From Longimicrobiales bacterium (GTDB lineage: Bacteria > Gemmatimonadota > Gemmatimonadetes > Longimicrobiales > Gaopeijiaceae), in assembly GCA_965204735.1 (NCBI GenBank), contig OZ242008.1, positions 2,144,001 to 2,208,000 of the forward strand: 64,000 nucleotides of DNA, in the 5' to 3' direction. Below, piece by piece: positions 10,864 to 21,843 of this stretch. Numbering within the stretch: position 1 is the stretch's first letter; every line of letters starts with the position of its first letter. A program made the position numbers and the translations under genes. The notes below the pieces were generated by a model. It ran no database searches, was not told where the DNA came from, and saw nothing but the letters and a program-made list of their open reading frames with translations.

Positions 10864-12314
10864 ACACCCCGAACGGACGGGCTGCAATCGACTTCGCCGC
10901 CGCCCAGGGCGGCGAGGGCGGCATCCACCCGACGGACCGAACGCTCCCGTCCAAGGATCGCCAGCACGTCGAATATCCCCGGGCTGGCGGAGCGCCCCGT
11001 GAGCGCCAGGCGCAGGGGCTGGAAGAGCTTCCCCGCCCCGATCCCGAGCGCCTCCGCCAAGCCGCGAAGCTCCGCCTCCAGGGCGTCGTCGTGCCAGGCG
11101 GCGCGGGCCAGCGTCTCCCTCGCGGCCGACAGCGTCTTCGCGGCCTGGTCGGGGTTCCGGCCCCACGTCTTTCGGGCCGCCTTAGGGTCGTAGCCGGAGA
11201 GGGGAGCGACGTAGGGCCGGGCGCCCTCGGCCATCTCCGCCAAGGTGCGGCTCCGGGGCGCCAGCGCCGCCGTCATGCGGAGGTGCGCCGGCGCCGGGAG
11301 CGCGGCGGCGTCCGGGAGCCGGCGACGCAGCAGCCCGGCCAGCGCCTCCGTCTCCATGCCGGCGATGTGCCGGCCGTTCAACCAGCGGAGCTTCTCCGGG
11401 TCGAAGACGGCCCCCTTCTTGAGGACCCGCTCCATGGAGAAGCGGGCCGCCAGCTCCTCCCTCGTCATCGCCTCTTCGTCGGTTCCGGGGGACCAGCCCA
11501 GCAGCGCCAAGTAGTTGACCATCGCTTCGGCGAGCACGCCCTCCTCGCGGTACGACTCCACCGACTGGGCGCCGTGGCGCTTGGAGAGGCGCTTGCCGTC
11601 GGGGCCCAGGATCATGGGGAGATGGCCGAACGCGGGGAGTTGGCGGCCGAGGGCTTGGTAGAGGAGGATCTGCTTGGGAGTGTTGGAGATGTGGTCGTCG
11701 CCCCGGATCACGTGGGTGACTTGGGCGTCGGCGTCGTCGGAGGCCACGGCCAAGTTGTAGGTGGGGGCGCCGTCGCTCCGCAGGATCACGAAGTCGTCGA
11801 TCTCGGCGTTCCGGAAGCGCGTCGAGCCGTGCACCAGATCGTCCCAGGAGACGGCTCCGTCCGGCACCCGGAAGCGAAGCGCGAAGGGCTCCCCCGCCGC
11901 GGCCCTGCGCTCCCCCTCGTCGAGCGGGACCCGGGCCGCCAGCTCTCGCGAAAGGCGCGTCACGGCCCCGGCGCCCGCAGCCACCGCGGCGTCCCGCGCC
12001 CTCGCGAACTCCTCCTGGGGCGTGAAGTCGCGGTAGGCGCGGCCCTCGGCCAGCAGGCGCAGCGCGTCCCGCCGGTGCCGCTCCGCGCCGTCGGCCTGGA
12101 AGACGGGCCCCTCGTCCCACTCCAGCCCCAGCCAAGCCAGCCCGTTCGTGATGGCGTCCACGTGCTCGGGCCGGCTCCGGCTCCGGTCCGTGTCCTCGAT
12201 GCGCAGGAGGAAGGCGCCCCCGTGGCGTCGGGCCAGGAGCCAGTTGAAGAGGGCCGTGCGGGCCCCGCCCACGTGAAGGAAGCCCGTGGGAGACGGGGCG
12301 AAGCGGAGCCTCAA
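10860..12314 (-). CDS. gltX: Glutamate--tRNA ligase
   Basis: LRFAPSPTGFLHVGGARTALFNWL, LRIEDTD, THVIRGDDHISNTPKQ, KRLSKRHG. TTG start overlaps the upstream TGA. Confidence 0.97.
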   Translation of the reverse strand: MRLRFAPSPTGFLHVGGARTALFNWLLARRHGGAFLLRIEDTDRSRSRPEHVDAITNGLAWLGLEWDEGPVFQADGAERHRRDALRLLAEGRAYRDFTPQEEFARARDAAVAAGAGAVTRLSRELAARVPLDEGERRAAAGEPFALRFRVPDGAVSWDDLVHGSTRFRNAEIDDFVILRSDGAPTYNLAVASDDADAQVTHVIRGDDHISNTPKQILLYQALGRQLPAFGHLPMILGPDGKRLSKRHGAQSVESYREEGVLAEAMVNYLALLGWSPGTDEEAMTREELAARFSMERVLKKGAVFDPEKLRWLNGRHIAGMETEALAGLLRRRLPDAAALPAPAHLRMTAALAPRSRTLAEMAEGARPYVAPLSGYDPKAARKTWGRNPDQAAKTLSAARETLARAAWHDDALEAELRGLAEALGIGAGKLFQPLRLALTGRSASPGIFDVLAILGRERSVRRVDAALAALGGGEVDCSPSVRGV

Positions 12315-15300
12315 GCGCGCGCTTCCTTGCGCCGCTCGAAGAGGAAGTACAGGGCCGGCGTGGCCGTCAGGACGAGGAAGGTGGAGGTGAGGAGTCCCCC
12401 GATCAGCGCGTAGGCCAGGGCGTTCCAGATGTTGGAGTTGGCGGTCTCGCTGAAGAGGACCAGAGGCAGCATCCCCAGGATGGTGGTGGTGGAGGTCATG
12501 AGGATCGGGCGCACCCGCTCCACCGTCCCCTGGACGATCGCCGCCCGCAGGGCCATGCCCCGCTCCCGCCGCACCCTGCCCACGTGGTCCACCAGCAGGA
12601 TCGCGTTGTTGACGACGATGCCCCCCATCATGATCACGCCGATCCACGCCTCCCGGGTGAAGTGGGCGTCGGTGAAGAAGAAGATCATGAAGACGCCGAT
12701 CAGCGCCATGGGAACCGCGAGCAGCACGCACAGGGGCAGCAGGAGCGACTCGAAGAGCGCGGCCGTGACCATCAGCACCAAGAAGATCGAGACGCCCAGC
12801 ACGAGCCGGATCTGGGACTTCTCCTCCGTCGACCATCGCCAGCGGTCCGCCTTCTTCACCGTGTAGCCCGGGGGCACCTCGGTGGACTCGATCACCGTGT
12901 TGTGCACCAAGTCGCCCAGCTTGTAGGGACCCCGGAACTCGTAGGCCACGGAACGCTCGTACTGCTGGTTCTCGCGGTTGATCTCGGCCAGCACCTCGCG
13001 GGACTCGATCCGGACGAGCTCGCCCAGGCGCACGGGCTGGCCGACGTTCGTCATGACCAGCGCCCGGCGAAGGTCCAGCAGGTCCACCTCCCGGTTGCCC
13101 TCCAGCTTCACGTCGTAGCGCACCTCGTCGCCGCCGATCTTGAGGGTCGTCATGCTCACTTGGCCCCGAACCGCCGCGTGGACCTGCCGGGAGAGGTCCT
13201 CCACCGTGAGCCCGTGGCTGGCCACCACGTCCCGGTCGATCGTCACGGCGAACTCGGAGGCGCGCTCCCGCTGGAACCAGCTCCGGGAAGCGTTGGTGTT
13301 CACCTCCCGGACGCGAGCGATTCGCGAGAGGCGCTTGCCCAGGTCCTCGGCGATGTCGCGAACCATCTCGTAGTTGTAGCCGAGCACCTGGATCGTGTAG
13401 TTGGGGGCCGATCCGCCGCCGCCGTAGAACGAGGGGCCGAAGCCGTGCACCCGCACCTCGGCGCCCGTGAACTGGAGGGAGAAGGCGAAGAGCTGGTCCT
13501 TGATCGCCACGGGCACCGCGGTGGTCTCCAGCTCGTCGGGGAACGTCACCCTGGTGTAGCTGTTCTCGGTGGAGATGTTGGAGGTGAACTGCTCGACCTC
13601 GGGCATCTGGCGGAGGCGCTCCTCGAAGTAGCGCGTCAACTGGTCGGTGCGCTCGATGTCCGAGCCCCGGGGAAGCCGGATCATGATGCTGATGTAGGTC
13701 TCGTTGCCCCATCCGCCGCCCCAGATGCGGCCCTTGGTCACGTATTCGTCGAAGAGGTAGTAGGAGCCGCCCAGGGCGCCCAGGCCGATCGCCACCGTGA
13801 TCCACGGCCAGCGCAGGGTGCGGACGACCAAGCCGCGGTAGAAGCGCTCGTACAGGGGCGCGCGACGCCCGGCGGTCTCCCCCGGGTCGATCGGCCGGGC
13901 GCCCGTGGTCCCCGTGCCGGCGCCCCCTGCGGCGACCGACTCGGCCCGGGCGGGCAGGAGCTTCTTGACCAGCGCCGGGATGAAGGTGAAGGCGACGGCC
14001 AGCGAGGCCAGGAGGGTCAGGGCGACGACGACGGCCAGGGGCACGTAGAAGACCCGAAGCTCGTCCTGCATGTAGACGAAGGGAACGAAGACGATCAGGG
14101 TGGTGGCCGTCGCCGCCATGATCGGCAGGACGACCTGGGACGCGCCGTTGCGAATGGCGTCCTCGGCGCGCTCGCCCGACTGCCATCGCCGGTAGATGTT
14201 CTCCAGCACGACGATGGAGTTGTCCACGATCAGCCCGAAGCCCATCGCCAGCCCCATCAGGGTCATGATGTTGAGGGAGAGGCCGGTGAAGTAGATCAGG
14301 TTGAGGGCGATGAGGATCGAGAAGGCGATGGTGGCGAAGACCACCATGGCGGAGCGGAAGGAGCGGAGGAAGAGCAGCAGCACCCCGAAGATCACGAACA
14401 CGGACACGGCGGCCCGGTTCCGCAGGTCCGAAAGCTGGCGGCGGATGTCCCGGCTCTCGTCCCAGTCCAGGATGAAGCGCGTGTTGGGCGGATTGCTCCG
14501 CTCCAGGATCGCCAGCCGCTCCTTCACCCGGTCGGCCACGCGGACGGTGTTGGTGCCGATCTCCTTGTAGAGGGAGAGGCTGACCGCCGGACGGCCGTTG
14601 ATCCGGTAGTGGCTGCGGACGTCCTCGTAGGTGTCCCGGACGACGGCCACGTCCGAGACCCGAACGACCCGGCCCCCGGCGCCGCTGACGATCGCGCTGC
14701 GGATGTCCTGGGCCGAACCGGGACGGTTGCGGATCGTGACCGTCCACTCCCGGTCGCCGTCGCGCACGCTGCCCGCCTCGCGCACCAGGTCCAGGTCCAT
14801 GAGCTTGCCGGCCACCTGGGGCGCCGACACGCCCATCGCCGCCATCCGCTCCCGGTCGAGCTCCACTTCCAGCAGCCGTTCCCGACCGCCCCGGGCTCGA
14901 ACCACCGAGACGCCCTCCACCCGGTTGAGCTCGGGGACCACCACGTCGTCCAGGTGCTCGCGAAGGGACTCCAGCGTGCGCGGGCCCGTGAAGGTGTACT
15001 CGAGGAAGGCGCGCCGGATGTCCCGGAAGTCCTGGGGGACGTAGGGCTCCACCAGGACTCGGCGCACGCCGGCCGGCAGCTCCTTCTCCTCCAGCGTGGC
15101 CAGCCGCTCCGACAGGTCCAGGCGGGCGAAGTCCATGTCGGTCTCGCGGGTGAACTCCACGTCGATCGCCGCCTCGCCCTCGCGGGAGACCGAGGTGACC
15201 TTCTCCACGCCGCGAACCAGCTGGATCGCCGCCTCCACGGGCGACGTGAGGAACGCTTCCACGGTCTCCGGAGATGCGCCGGGCCACGTGCCGCGCACGG

Positions 15301-15430
15301 TCAGGCGGGGCAGCTGGGTGTCGGGAAGGAGCTCGACCGGCAGGTTGCGCCAAGCCGCCACGCCCAGCAGCGCGACGGCGAAGTACCCCATGGCCACGGC
15401 CACGGGCCGGCGGATGCTGGTGCGGATCAC
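12311..15430 (-). CDS. RND efflux transporter permease subunit (AcrB/AcrD/AcrF family)
   Basis: 1039 aa; SIRRPVAVAM, GLIVDNSIVVLENI, RVRPILMTSTTTILGMLP. Confidence 0.95.
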   Translation of the reverse strand: MIRTSIRRPVAVAMGYFAVALLGVAAWRNLPVELLPDTQLPRLTVRGTWPGASPETVEAFLTSPVEAAIQLVRGVEKVTSVSREGEAAIDVEFTRETDMDFARLDLSERLATLEEKELPAGVRRVLVEPYVPQDFRDIRRAFLEYTFTGPRTLESLREHLDDVVVPELNRVEGVSVVRARGGRERLLEVELDRERMAAMGVSAPQVAGKLMDLDLVREAGSVRDGDREWTVTIRNRPGSAQDIRSAIVSGAGGRVVRVSDVAVVRDTYEDVRSHYRINGRPAVSLSLYKEIGTNTVRVADRVKERLAILERSNPPNTRFILDWDESRDIRRQLSDLRNRAAVSVFVIFGVLLLFLRSFRSAMVVFATIAFSILIALNLIYFTGLSLNIMTLMGLAMGFGLIVDNSIVVLENIYRRWQSGERAEDAIRNGASQVVLPIMAATATTLIVFVPFVYMQDELRVFYVPLAVVVALTLLASLAVAFTFIPALVKKLLPARAESVAAGGAGTGTTGARPIDPGETAGRRAPLYERFYRGLVVRTLRWPWITVAIGLGALGGSYYLFDEYVTKGRIWGGGWGNETYISIMIRLPRGSDIERTDQLTRYFEERLRQMPEVEQFTSNISTENSYTRVTFPDELETTAVPVAIKDQLFAFSLQFTGAEVRVHGFGPSFYGGGGSAPNYTIQVLGYNYEMVRDIAEDLGKRLSRIARVREVNTNASRSWFQRERASEFAVTIDRDVVASHGLTVEDLSRQVHAAVRGQVSMTTLKIGGDEVRYDVKLEGNREVDLLDLRRALVMTNVGQPVRLGELVRIESREVLAEINRENQQYERSVAYEFRGPYKLGDLVHNTVIESTEVPPGYTVKKADRWRWSTEEKSQIRLVLGVSIFLVLMVTAALFESLLLPLCVLLAVPMALIGVFMIFFFTDAHFTREAWIGVIMMGGIVVNNAILLVDHVGRVRRERGMALRAAIVQGTVERVRPILMTSTTTILGMLPLVLFSETANSNIWNALAYALIGGLLTSTFLVLTATPALYFLFERRKEARA

Positions 15431-18400
15431 GGCGAGCCCGCTCCGGCCGGGAGCGGCGCGGGCGACGGGGCTGCCGCGTCGCGGGAGCGGCCCGTCGCAA
15501 GCGCGCGCAGGTCCTCGACCAGGGAGTAGACGACGGGGACGACGACCAGGGTGAGGGCCGTGGCCACGATGAGCCCGCCGATGACGGCGACGGCCATCGG
15601 CGCCCGCAGGTCGGCGCCGCGGCCGATGCCCAGCGCCATCGGCGTGAGTCCCAGCACGGTGGTCGCCGTGGTCATGACGATGGGGCGCAGGCGCACTTCG
15701 CCGGCCTCCAGGATCGCGTCGCGCAGGCTGCTGCCGCGCGCTCGGGCGCGGTTGATGAAGTCGACCTTCACGATGGCGTCGTTCACCACGATGCCGACGA
15801 GGATCACGATCCCGATCAGGCTCATGGTGTTGAGCCCTTGCCCCGCCAGCGCCAGGGCGAGCACGGCGCCCACCAGGGCCAGGGGAACCGCCATGAGGAT
15901 CGTGAAGGGGTGGACGAACGACTCGAACTGGGCCGCGAGGATCATGTAGACCAGCAGCAGCGCCAAGCCGAAGGCGAACGTCAGGTCGCGGAAGGAGCGG
16001 CGCATCTCCTCGTTCTCGCCCCCCACCTCGAGGCGAACCTCGGAGGGCGGCTGCACGCTCGCAAGGGCGGCCTCCACCGAGGCGATGGCCTCCGCCAGCC
16101 CGCCCGACGCCACGTCGGCGTACACGGTCACGACCCGGCCCTGGTCCTCCCGGCGGATCTCCGCTGGGCCGACCGTCTCGCGCACCTGGACCAGCTCCCG
16201 GAGGGGCACGCCGTCCACTTGCAGCGCCTCCAAGGTGGACGCGTCGTGGCGGAGCGCGTCCGGCAAGCGCACCACCACCGCGATCTTGCGGTCGAAGTCC
16301 ACGAACTCGGTGGCCCGGTCGCCCCGCATGGCGTTCTCGATCGTCTCGGCCACCGAGCGCGGCTCGATCTCGTAGCGGGCCGCCGCTTCCCGGTCGATGG
16401 AGACCTGGTACTGGGGCTGGCCCCGCTCCGAGCCGATCCGGACGTTGCGGACCGCGGCCACGCCGCGCATCCGGGCCTGCACGGCCTCGGCGAAGCCGTA
16501 CGCCTCTTCCAGGTCCTCGCCCCGGACGCGGACGGCGATGTCCGACTCGCTGCCGCCGAGGATCTGGCCGAGCGCCGTGGCTTGGCCGGTCTCGAAGGAG
16601 AGGAAGCCGGCCAGCTCCGCCGACGACCCGCTCCGGGACCGGCGGACCACTTCCTCGGTGACGGCCCGGTCGTCCAGGCGCACCTGCAGCAGGGCCGTGT
16701 TGACCCCCGCCGCTTCGCCTTGGGCGCCCTGCACGTCCCTGCCCACGCGGCTGAAGACCGCCGCCACTTCGGCGTCCCCCAGCAGCCTGCCCTCCACCTC
16801 CTCGGCGGCTTCGGCGGTCGCCTCCAGGGACGTGCCCTCGGGAAGCTCGACCCGGACGTCAAAGGCGCCCTGGTCCACGTCGGGGAGCAGGTCGCGGTCC
16901 AGCGAGCTGCCCAGCAGAACGGTGCCGGCCAGCGCCGCCGCGGCGGCGGCCAGCACCGTGCCTCGGCGGTCCAGCGCCTGTCCCAGCTTCCGGTGGTACC
17001 AGGCCGCGAAGGCGTCGAACGCCCGGTCGAAGGCGCCGAAGAGCGGGGCGAGGGCCGCCTTGAGAAAGCCGCCCGCCGACGCCGCCCAGTAGCGGACCAG
17101 CTGGGGGACCAGGCGCCAGAGCGCGCGCAGGACCCAGAACGGCACGTAGACCAGCCAGAGGAAGACGCAGACCACCGCCCGGAACGCGTGGCGCGCACCG
17201 CGGCCCGCTGCCCGCAGGGCCCCGGGGCCGGCGGGCCGCCTGGAACGGCGCCAGTAGACGAGGGGCCAGGGGCCGGCGGCCGAGCCGTCGGCGTCTGTCC
17301 GGGGTCGCCTGCCGACGAAGTGGGCCGCCATCGTCGGCAGGAGGGTGACGGCGACGGCCAAGCTGGCCAGCAGCGAGAACGCCACCGCCAGGGAGAGGGC
17401 CCCGAAGAGCTCGCCGGCGACCCCTTCCACGTAGATGATCGGTCCGAAGACCGAGATCGTCGTGAGGGTGGAGGCGGTGATCGCGCCCTGCACCTCTTCG
17501 GCGCCCTTGGCGGCGGCGTCCAGGATCGGCATCCCGCCTTCCCGGTGCCGGAAGATGTTCTCGAGGACGATGATGGAGTTGTCCACCAGCATCCCGACCC
17601 CGAGGGCGAGTCCCCCCAGGCTCATGATGTTGAGGGAGACGCCGAACGCCTCCATGAGGGAGAAGGTGGCCACGACGGAGATCGGGATCGCCAGGGCGAC
17701 GGCCACCGGGTAGCGGGGGTCGCGAAGGAAGAAGAAGAGGATCGCGAAGGCCAGCGCTCCCCCCAGGATCAGCGCCTGGACCACGTTGCTGATCGATTCG
17801 TCGATGAAGGTGGCCTGGTTGGACGCGATCTCGACGGTGAACTCGGGGTACTGCGCCCGGAGCAGGTCGAGGGTCTCCTGCACCAGCTCGGAGACGGCGA
17901 CCGTGTTGGCCCCCGATTCCTTGAAGACCAGGACGCCCACCGACTCGGCGCCGTCGTAGCGGGCGATCGACTCCCGCTCCTCGTAGCCGTCCACCACCCG
18001 GGCCACGTCCGAGAGCCGCACCAGCCGGTCCGTGGTCTCGGCCTCCTCGCCCTCGCGGCGCTCTTCCGGCGGAAGCGGACGGCCCGCCTGCTCCCGGCTG
18101 ACCACCACGTCCTCGATCTCCTCGACGGTCTGGAACTCGCCTAGGGTCCGCAGGGGGTAGCGGTAGCGGCCGCGCAGGATCGTCCCGCCCGGCGCCGAGT
18201 AGTTCGCCCTTTCCAGGGCCTCGGAGACTTCGTCGAGGCCGACGTTGTAGGCCTCCAGCAGGGCCGGGTCCACCTCGACCTGGATCTCCCGGTCCAGTCC
18301 GCCGGTGACCGACGCCTGGGCGATCCCGTCCAGCTGCTCGAGCCGCCGCCGGAAGACCGTCTCGGCGATCTCCTTCGTCTGCCACAGGTCTCGTCCGCCG

Positions 18401-18831
18401 GCCACCGAGACCGTCAGGATCGGCTCCGCCTGGGGGTCGACCCGCAGGATCGTCGGACGTTCGGCGGTTTCGGGAAGCGCGTCGCGGATGTTGTCCAGCC
18501 GCTCCCGCACGTTGAGGGCGGCAAAGTCCATGTCGGTGCCCCACGCGAAGCGCAGGGTGACCAGGCTCACGCCCTCTTGGGAGACCGAAGTGACCTTCTC
18601 CACGCCCGGCACCGCCGCCGCCTGGGACTCGATCCGCTCCGTCACAAGGCGCTCCACCTCGGCGGGCGCCACGTCCGGGTAGCCGGTGTGGACCACCAGG
18701 CGCGGGAAGCTCACGTCGGGGAGGAGGTCGATCGGCAGCCTGACGTAGGAGATCGCGCCGAGCAGCACCACCGCCAGCACGAGCATGGCGACGGCCACCG
18801 GGCGCCGCGTGGAGGTCCGGGGGATCGACAC
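15427..18831 (-). CDS. RND efflux transporter permease subunit (second, probable heteromeric partner)
   Basis: 1134 aa; RRPVAVAML, GMLVDNSIIVLENI, RLRPIVMTTATTVLGLTPMAL. Confidence 0.95.
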   Translation of the reverse strand: MSIPRTSTRRPVAVAMLVLAVVLLGAISYVRLPIDLLPDVSFPRLVVHTGYPDVAPAEVERLVTERIESQAAAVPGVEKVTSVSQEGVSLVTLRFAWGTDMDFAALNVRERLDNIRDALPETAERPTILRVDPQAEPILTVSVAGGRDLWQTKEIAETVFRRRLEQLDGIAQASVTGGLDREIQVEVDPALLEAYNVGLDEVSEALERANYSAPGGTILRGRYRYPLRTLGEFQTVEEIEDVVVSREQAGRPLPPEERREGEEAETTDRLVRLSDVARVVDGYEERESIARYDGAESVGVLVFKESGANTVAVSELVQETLDLLRAQYPEFTVEIASNQATFIDESISNVVQALILGGALAFAILFFFLRDPRYPVAVALAIPISVVATFSLMEAFGVSLNIMSLGGLALGVGMLVDNSIIVLENIFRHREGGMPILDAAAKGAEEVQGAITASTLTTISVFGPIIYVEGVAGELFGALSLAVAFSLLASLAVAVTLLPTMAAHFVGRRPRTDADGSAAGPWPLVYWRRSRRPAGPGALRAAGRGARHAFRAVVCVFLWLVYVPFWVLRALWRLVPQLVRYWAASAGGFLKAALAPLFGAFDRAFDAFAAWYHRKLGQALDRRGTVLAAAAAALAGTVLLGSSLDRDLLPDVDQGAFDVRVELPEGTSLEATAEAAEEVEGRLLGDAEVAAVFSRVGRDVQGAQGEAAGVNTALLQVRLDDRAVTEEVVRRSRSGSSAELAGFLSFETGQATALGQILGGSESDIAVRVRGEDLEEAYGFAEAVQARMRGVAAVRNVRIGSERGQPQYQVSIDREAAARYEIEPRSVAETIENAMRGDRATEFVDFDRKIAVVVRLPDALRHDASTLEALQVDGVPLRELVQVRETVGPAEIRREDQGRVVTVYADVASGGLAEAIASVEAALASVQPPSEVRLEVGGENEEMRRSFRDLTFAFGLALLLVYMILAAQFESFVHPFTILMAVPLALVGAVLALALAGQGLNTMSLIGIVILVGIVVNDAIVKVDFINRARARGSSLRDAILEAGEVRLRPIVMTTATTVLGLTPMALGIGRGADLRAPMAVAVIGGLIVATALTLVVVPVVYSLVEDLRALATGRSRDAAAPSPAPLPAGAGSP

Positions 18832-18834
18832 CGG

Positions 18835-20310
18835 TCAGCTCCCTTCCGCGTCGCCGCCGGTTCTCATTCCCGCTTCCACGGCCACGACGCCGGCGGCCTC
18901 GTGGAGCCTGACCAGCGCCGCCGCGAACTCGAAGCGCTGGTCCACCGCGTCCCGCAGGGCCGACGCCTCTTCCCGCACGGCGGCCTGCAGGTCTTCGACG
19001 CTCTTGGTGGCCAGCTCGTACTCCTCCCGCACGATGCGGAGCCGCTCGCTGGCGATCTCCAGCTGGCGGTCCCGCTCCTGCTGGGTCGCCCACGCCGTCT
19101 CCAGGTCCACGTAGCGGGCGTGGATGTCCTCCCGCACCTCCAGCTGGAGGCGGGCGATCTCTTCGTTGGCGTTGCGGAGTTCCACGTCGGCGTCCGCGAT
19201 CGCGCGAGAGGTCTGGAAGCGGGTGAAGAGCGGCACGGCGACGGAAAGGGAGAGGCCGCCGTAGATGTCCTTGGGATTGAGGGCGAAGAGGGCGCTCCGG
19301 TCCTCGCCGTTCACGCTTCGGTAGATGTTCGAGCTGAGCGAGAGGCGCGGCCAGCGCGTGGCCTTCTGCCTCTTGAGGGCGGCCTGCCGCATCGCCAGGG
19401 CGGCTTCGCCTTCTTCGACCTTGGGATTGTCCCGCAACGCCGCGGCGACGAGGCCGTCCAGGTCGAGGCCGGCCGGGTCGAACACCTCGGGCTGCTGTTC
19501 CTCCACGTCCAGCTCGCCGATCTCGGGGTCGCCGATCGCCCTGTGGAGGGCCAGGAGACCCTTCCTGTACTCGCCTCGGGCCCGGGTGACGGCAGCGCGC
19601 TGGCGCTCGAGCTCCAGCTGGGTCGCCAAGAGGTCGGACCGTCCCACGGCCGCCAGCTCGAAGCGCCTCGTCTGGACGTCGACGTCGCGCTCTCGGGCGG
19701 AGAGAAGGTCGAGTTCGACGGCCAGCCTGCCCTTGTGGCGCTGGGCGAGGAGGAACTGGACCTGCACGTCGGCCAGGACGCGGTTGAGCTCGCTCCGGCC
19801 CGCGTGGCGGGTGGTGCGCGCCCGGGCGCGAGCTTCGTCGACCGCGTGGAAGCGGGCGCCCCCCTGGAGCACGTCGAGGCTCAGAGAGATGCTTTGGTTG
19901 GCGTTCGAGCTGATCCGGGTGCGCAGGTCCGGGTTCTCCAGCGTGTTGCCGAAGAAGTCGATCGCCACCGACTCGCGGCGGAAGTTCTGGCCCGTGCCGT
20001 AGCGGAGGTCGAGGCTCGGGAGGAAGGCGCCCCACGCTTCCCGTCGCTGCGGCGTCTCCAGGTCCATGCGGTTCAGGGCCTGCCGGTACTGGGGGTTGTG
20101 CTCCGCGGCCCGGCGCAGGGCGTCCTTCAGAGAGAGGACGGTGGCTCGCCCGTCGCGCCCGTGGTCCGCGCCCAGGCCGCCGGTGCTGACGCTTTGCTTG
20201 AGGCGAGGACTGCTATTTTGTTTCTGGGCATGGAGTTGCGGAACCAGAGCGGTGGCGGTGCAGATCGCTCCGACGACGGCTGCGCGCGCCCAGGACCGGG
20301 CGGGCCTCAT
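18835..20310 (-). CDS. TolC-family outer membrane efflux protein
   Basis: Signal peptide MRPARSWARAAVVGAICTATALVPQLHAQ; LSLKDALRRAAEHNP, AFLPSLDL, helical repeats. ATG 20310 overlaps the MFP stop. Confidence 0.88.
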   Translation of the reverse strand: MRPARSWARAAVVGAICTATALVPQLHAQKQNSSPRLKQSVSTGGLGADHGRDGRATVLSLKDALRRAAEHNPQYRQALNRMDLETPQRREAWGAFLPSLDLRYGTGQNFRRESVAIDFFGNTLENPDLRTRISSNANQSISLSLDVLQGGARFHAVDEARARARTTRHAGRSELNRVLADVQVQFLLAQRHKGRLAVELDLLSARERDVDVQTRRFELAAVGRSDLLATQLELERQRAAVTRARGEYRKGLLALHRAIGDPEIGELDVEEQQPEVFDPAGLDLDGLVAAALRDNPKVEEGEAALAMRQAALKRQKATRWPRLSLSSNIYRSVNGEDRSALFALNPKDIYGGLSLSVAVPLFTRFQTSRAIADADVELRNANEEIARLQLEVREDIHARYVDLETAWATQQERDRQLEIASERLRIVREEYELATKSVEDLQAAVREEASALRDAVDQRFEFAAALVRLHEAAGVVAVEAGMRTGGDAEGS

Positions 20311-21485
20311 CGGGACGGTCTCCCGCCAGCGGCGGCCGGGTCGTCCACGAGCTGCACCGCCGCGTCGTGGGTCAGGTAGTGGTGGCCGTCCACCAGCACG
20401 ATCTCGCCGGGCGCGACCCAGTCCTCGTCGCCCTCCACGAGCTCGATGAACTCGTCGTTCTCGAGGCCCGTCGTCACGTAGCGCCACTTGGCCCTCCCCT
20501 CCTCGAAGACGAAGAGCATGGTGCGCCGGTCTCCTCTCTCCAGGACGGCGGACCTGGGCACGAGGATGCGGTCCGGGAAGTTGCGGGCCTGCAGCTCCGC
20601 CTCGGCGAACATTCCGGGCTTGATCCGGCCCCGGGCGTTGGGCAGGTGGACGGTGACCCGGGCCGTGTTGTTGGTCGGGTCGATCACCGGGTTGATCGTC
20701 TGAATCCGCCCCGTGAAGGTGGTGTCCGGAAAGGCCGTGAACGTCAGCTCGGCGACCCGTCCTTCCTGCAGGTTGACGACCTCGGTCCCAAGGGCCTGGA
20801 GCTCCACCTTGATGGGGCTCAGATCGACCAGGGTGACAAGCTCGTCGCCCGCTCGAACCAGCTGTCCCGGAACGACCTTCAGGTCGGCGGCCCGGCCGCC
20901 GAAGGGAGCGCGCACGGCGGTCTTCTCCAGGTCCAGGAGCGCGCGGCGGTGCTCCACCTGGGCCTGGTCGAGCCCGGTGGCCGAGCGTGCGAAGCGGTCT
21001 CGGCTGGCCCGGACCTCGTCGTCTTCGATCTCTTCGTCGAAGAGGACTCGGGCCTGGTAGTCGGCCTCGGCCTTGAGCAGCGCCGCGGCCTTCGCCGCCA
21101 CCTCCAGGGCGTACTCGGCGGTGTCGACCAGTGCCATCAGGTCGCCCTCGCCGAGGTACTGGTTCTCCCGGACCTCGACCTGGGCGACGCGCCCCTCGAC
21201 CTGGGCGGTCAGCTTCACCGAGCGGATCGCCGCGGCCCGCCCGTTGGCGTTGACCGATATCCACAGCGTGTCCTGCAGCGCCGCGACGCCGCGGACGGGC
21301 TGTGGGAGCTCGGTGTTGAACTGCTGCTGGACCGACTCGACGACTTCGGCGTGCTCCTGGGGTTCGCCCGACGCCTGGGCCTCGGCTTCGGGCTCGGGCC
21401 GGAGCCGCCAGTAGATCGCGCCCCCGAGCAGCCCCAAGCCGATGACGACGGTGAACCAACGCAGGATCGTTCGGGAATAGGCCAT
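20307..21485 (-). CDS. RND efflux periplasmic adaptor (membrane fusion protein)
   Basis: N-terminal TM anchor, VRAPFGGR, FTGRIQTINPVIDP, IKPGMFAE, VPRSAVL. Confidence 0.93.
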   Translation of the reverse strand: MAYSRTILRWFTVVIGLGLLGGAIYWRLRPEPEAEAQASGEPQEHAEVVESVQQQFNTELPQPVRGVAALQDTLWISVNANGRAAAIRSVKLTAQVEGRVAQVEVRENQYLGEGDLMALVDTAEYALEVAAKAAALLKAEADYQARVLFDEEIEDDEVRASRDRFARSATGLDQAQVEHRRALLDLEKTAVRAPFGGRAADLKVVPGQLVRAGDELVTLVDLSPIKVELQALGTEVVNLQEGRVAELTFTAFPDTTFTGRIQTINPVIDPTNNTARVTVHLPNARGRIKPGMFAEAELQARNFPDRILVPRSAVLERGDRRTMLFVFEEGRAKWRYVTTGLENDEFIELVEGDEDWVAPGEIVLVDGHHYLTHDAAVQLVDDPAAAGGRPSR

Positions 21486-21554
21486 GATCGAAGCTCCCTT
21501 GGGTTCGCGTTGCGGCAGTCGCGTCGAGGCCGTCCGAACGACCTCCTATAGTCG

Positions 21555-21583
21555 TCAGACACCGAAGAGGCGCGAATGGTTCC
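21555..21583 (-). promoter_or_regulatory. Putative ECF-sigma promoter of the RND operon
   Basis: GGAACC-N17-GTCTGA on the minus strand, about 70 nt upstream of ATG 21485; resembles the sigmaE-type consensus. Confidence 0.4.
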
Positions 21584-21843
21584 CTGGATGCCGTTCGGGG
21601 CGGAAATGTGCAACCGGAACCAATCGCCCGGCAACCACTTGCCCTGCCGAGGAGGTCCTTACGCGACGTTCCAAAGACGAGCGACCAGCGCGACTGCGAA
21701 GCTGCTTGGGGCGGGCCGAAGGAAGTGCCGCCCAGGGCCCGCCGCGCCGTCGCCGAAGAGCAGCGTCCGCTCTGCACGCGACGCTTCCACCGTCACCTGC
21801 CCCGGCGGTCCACCCGCGCCATCCGAGCTGCTTCTGACATTGA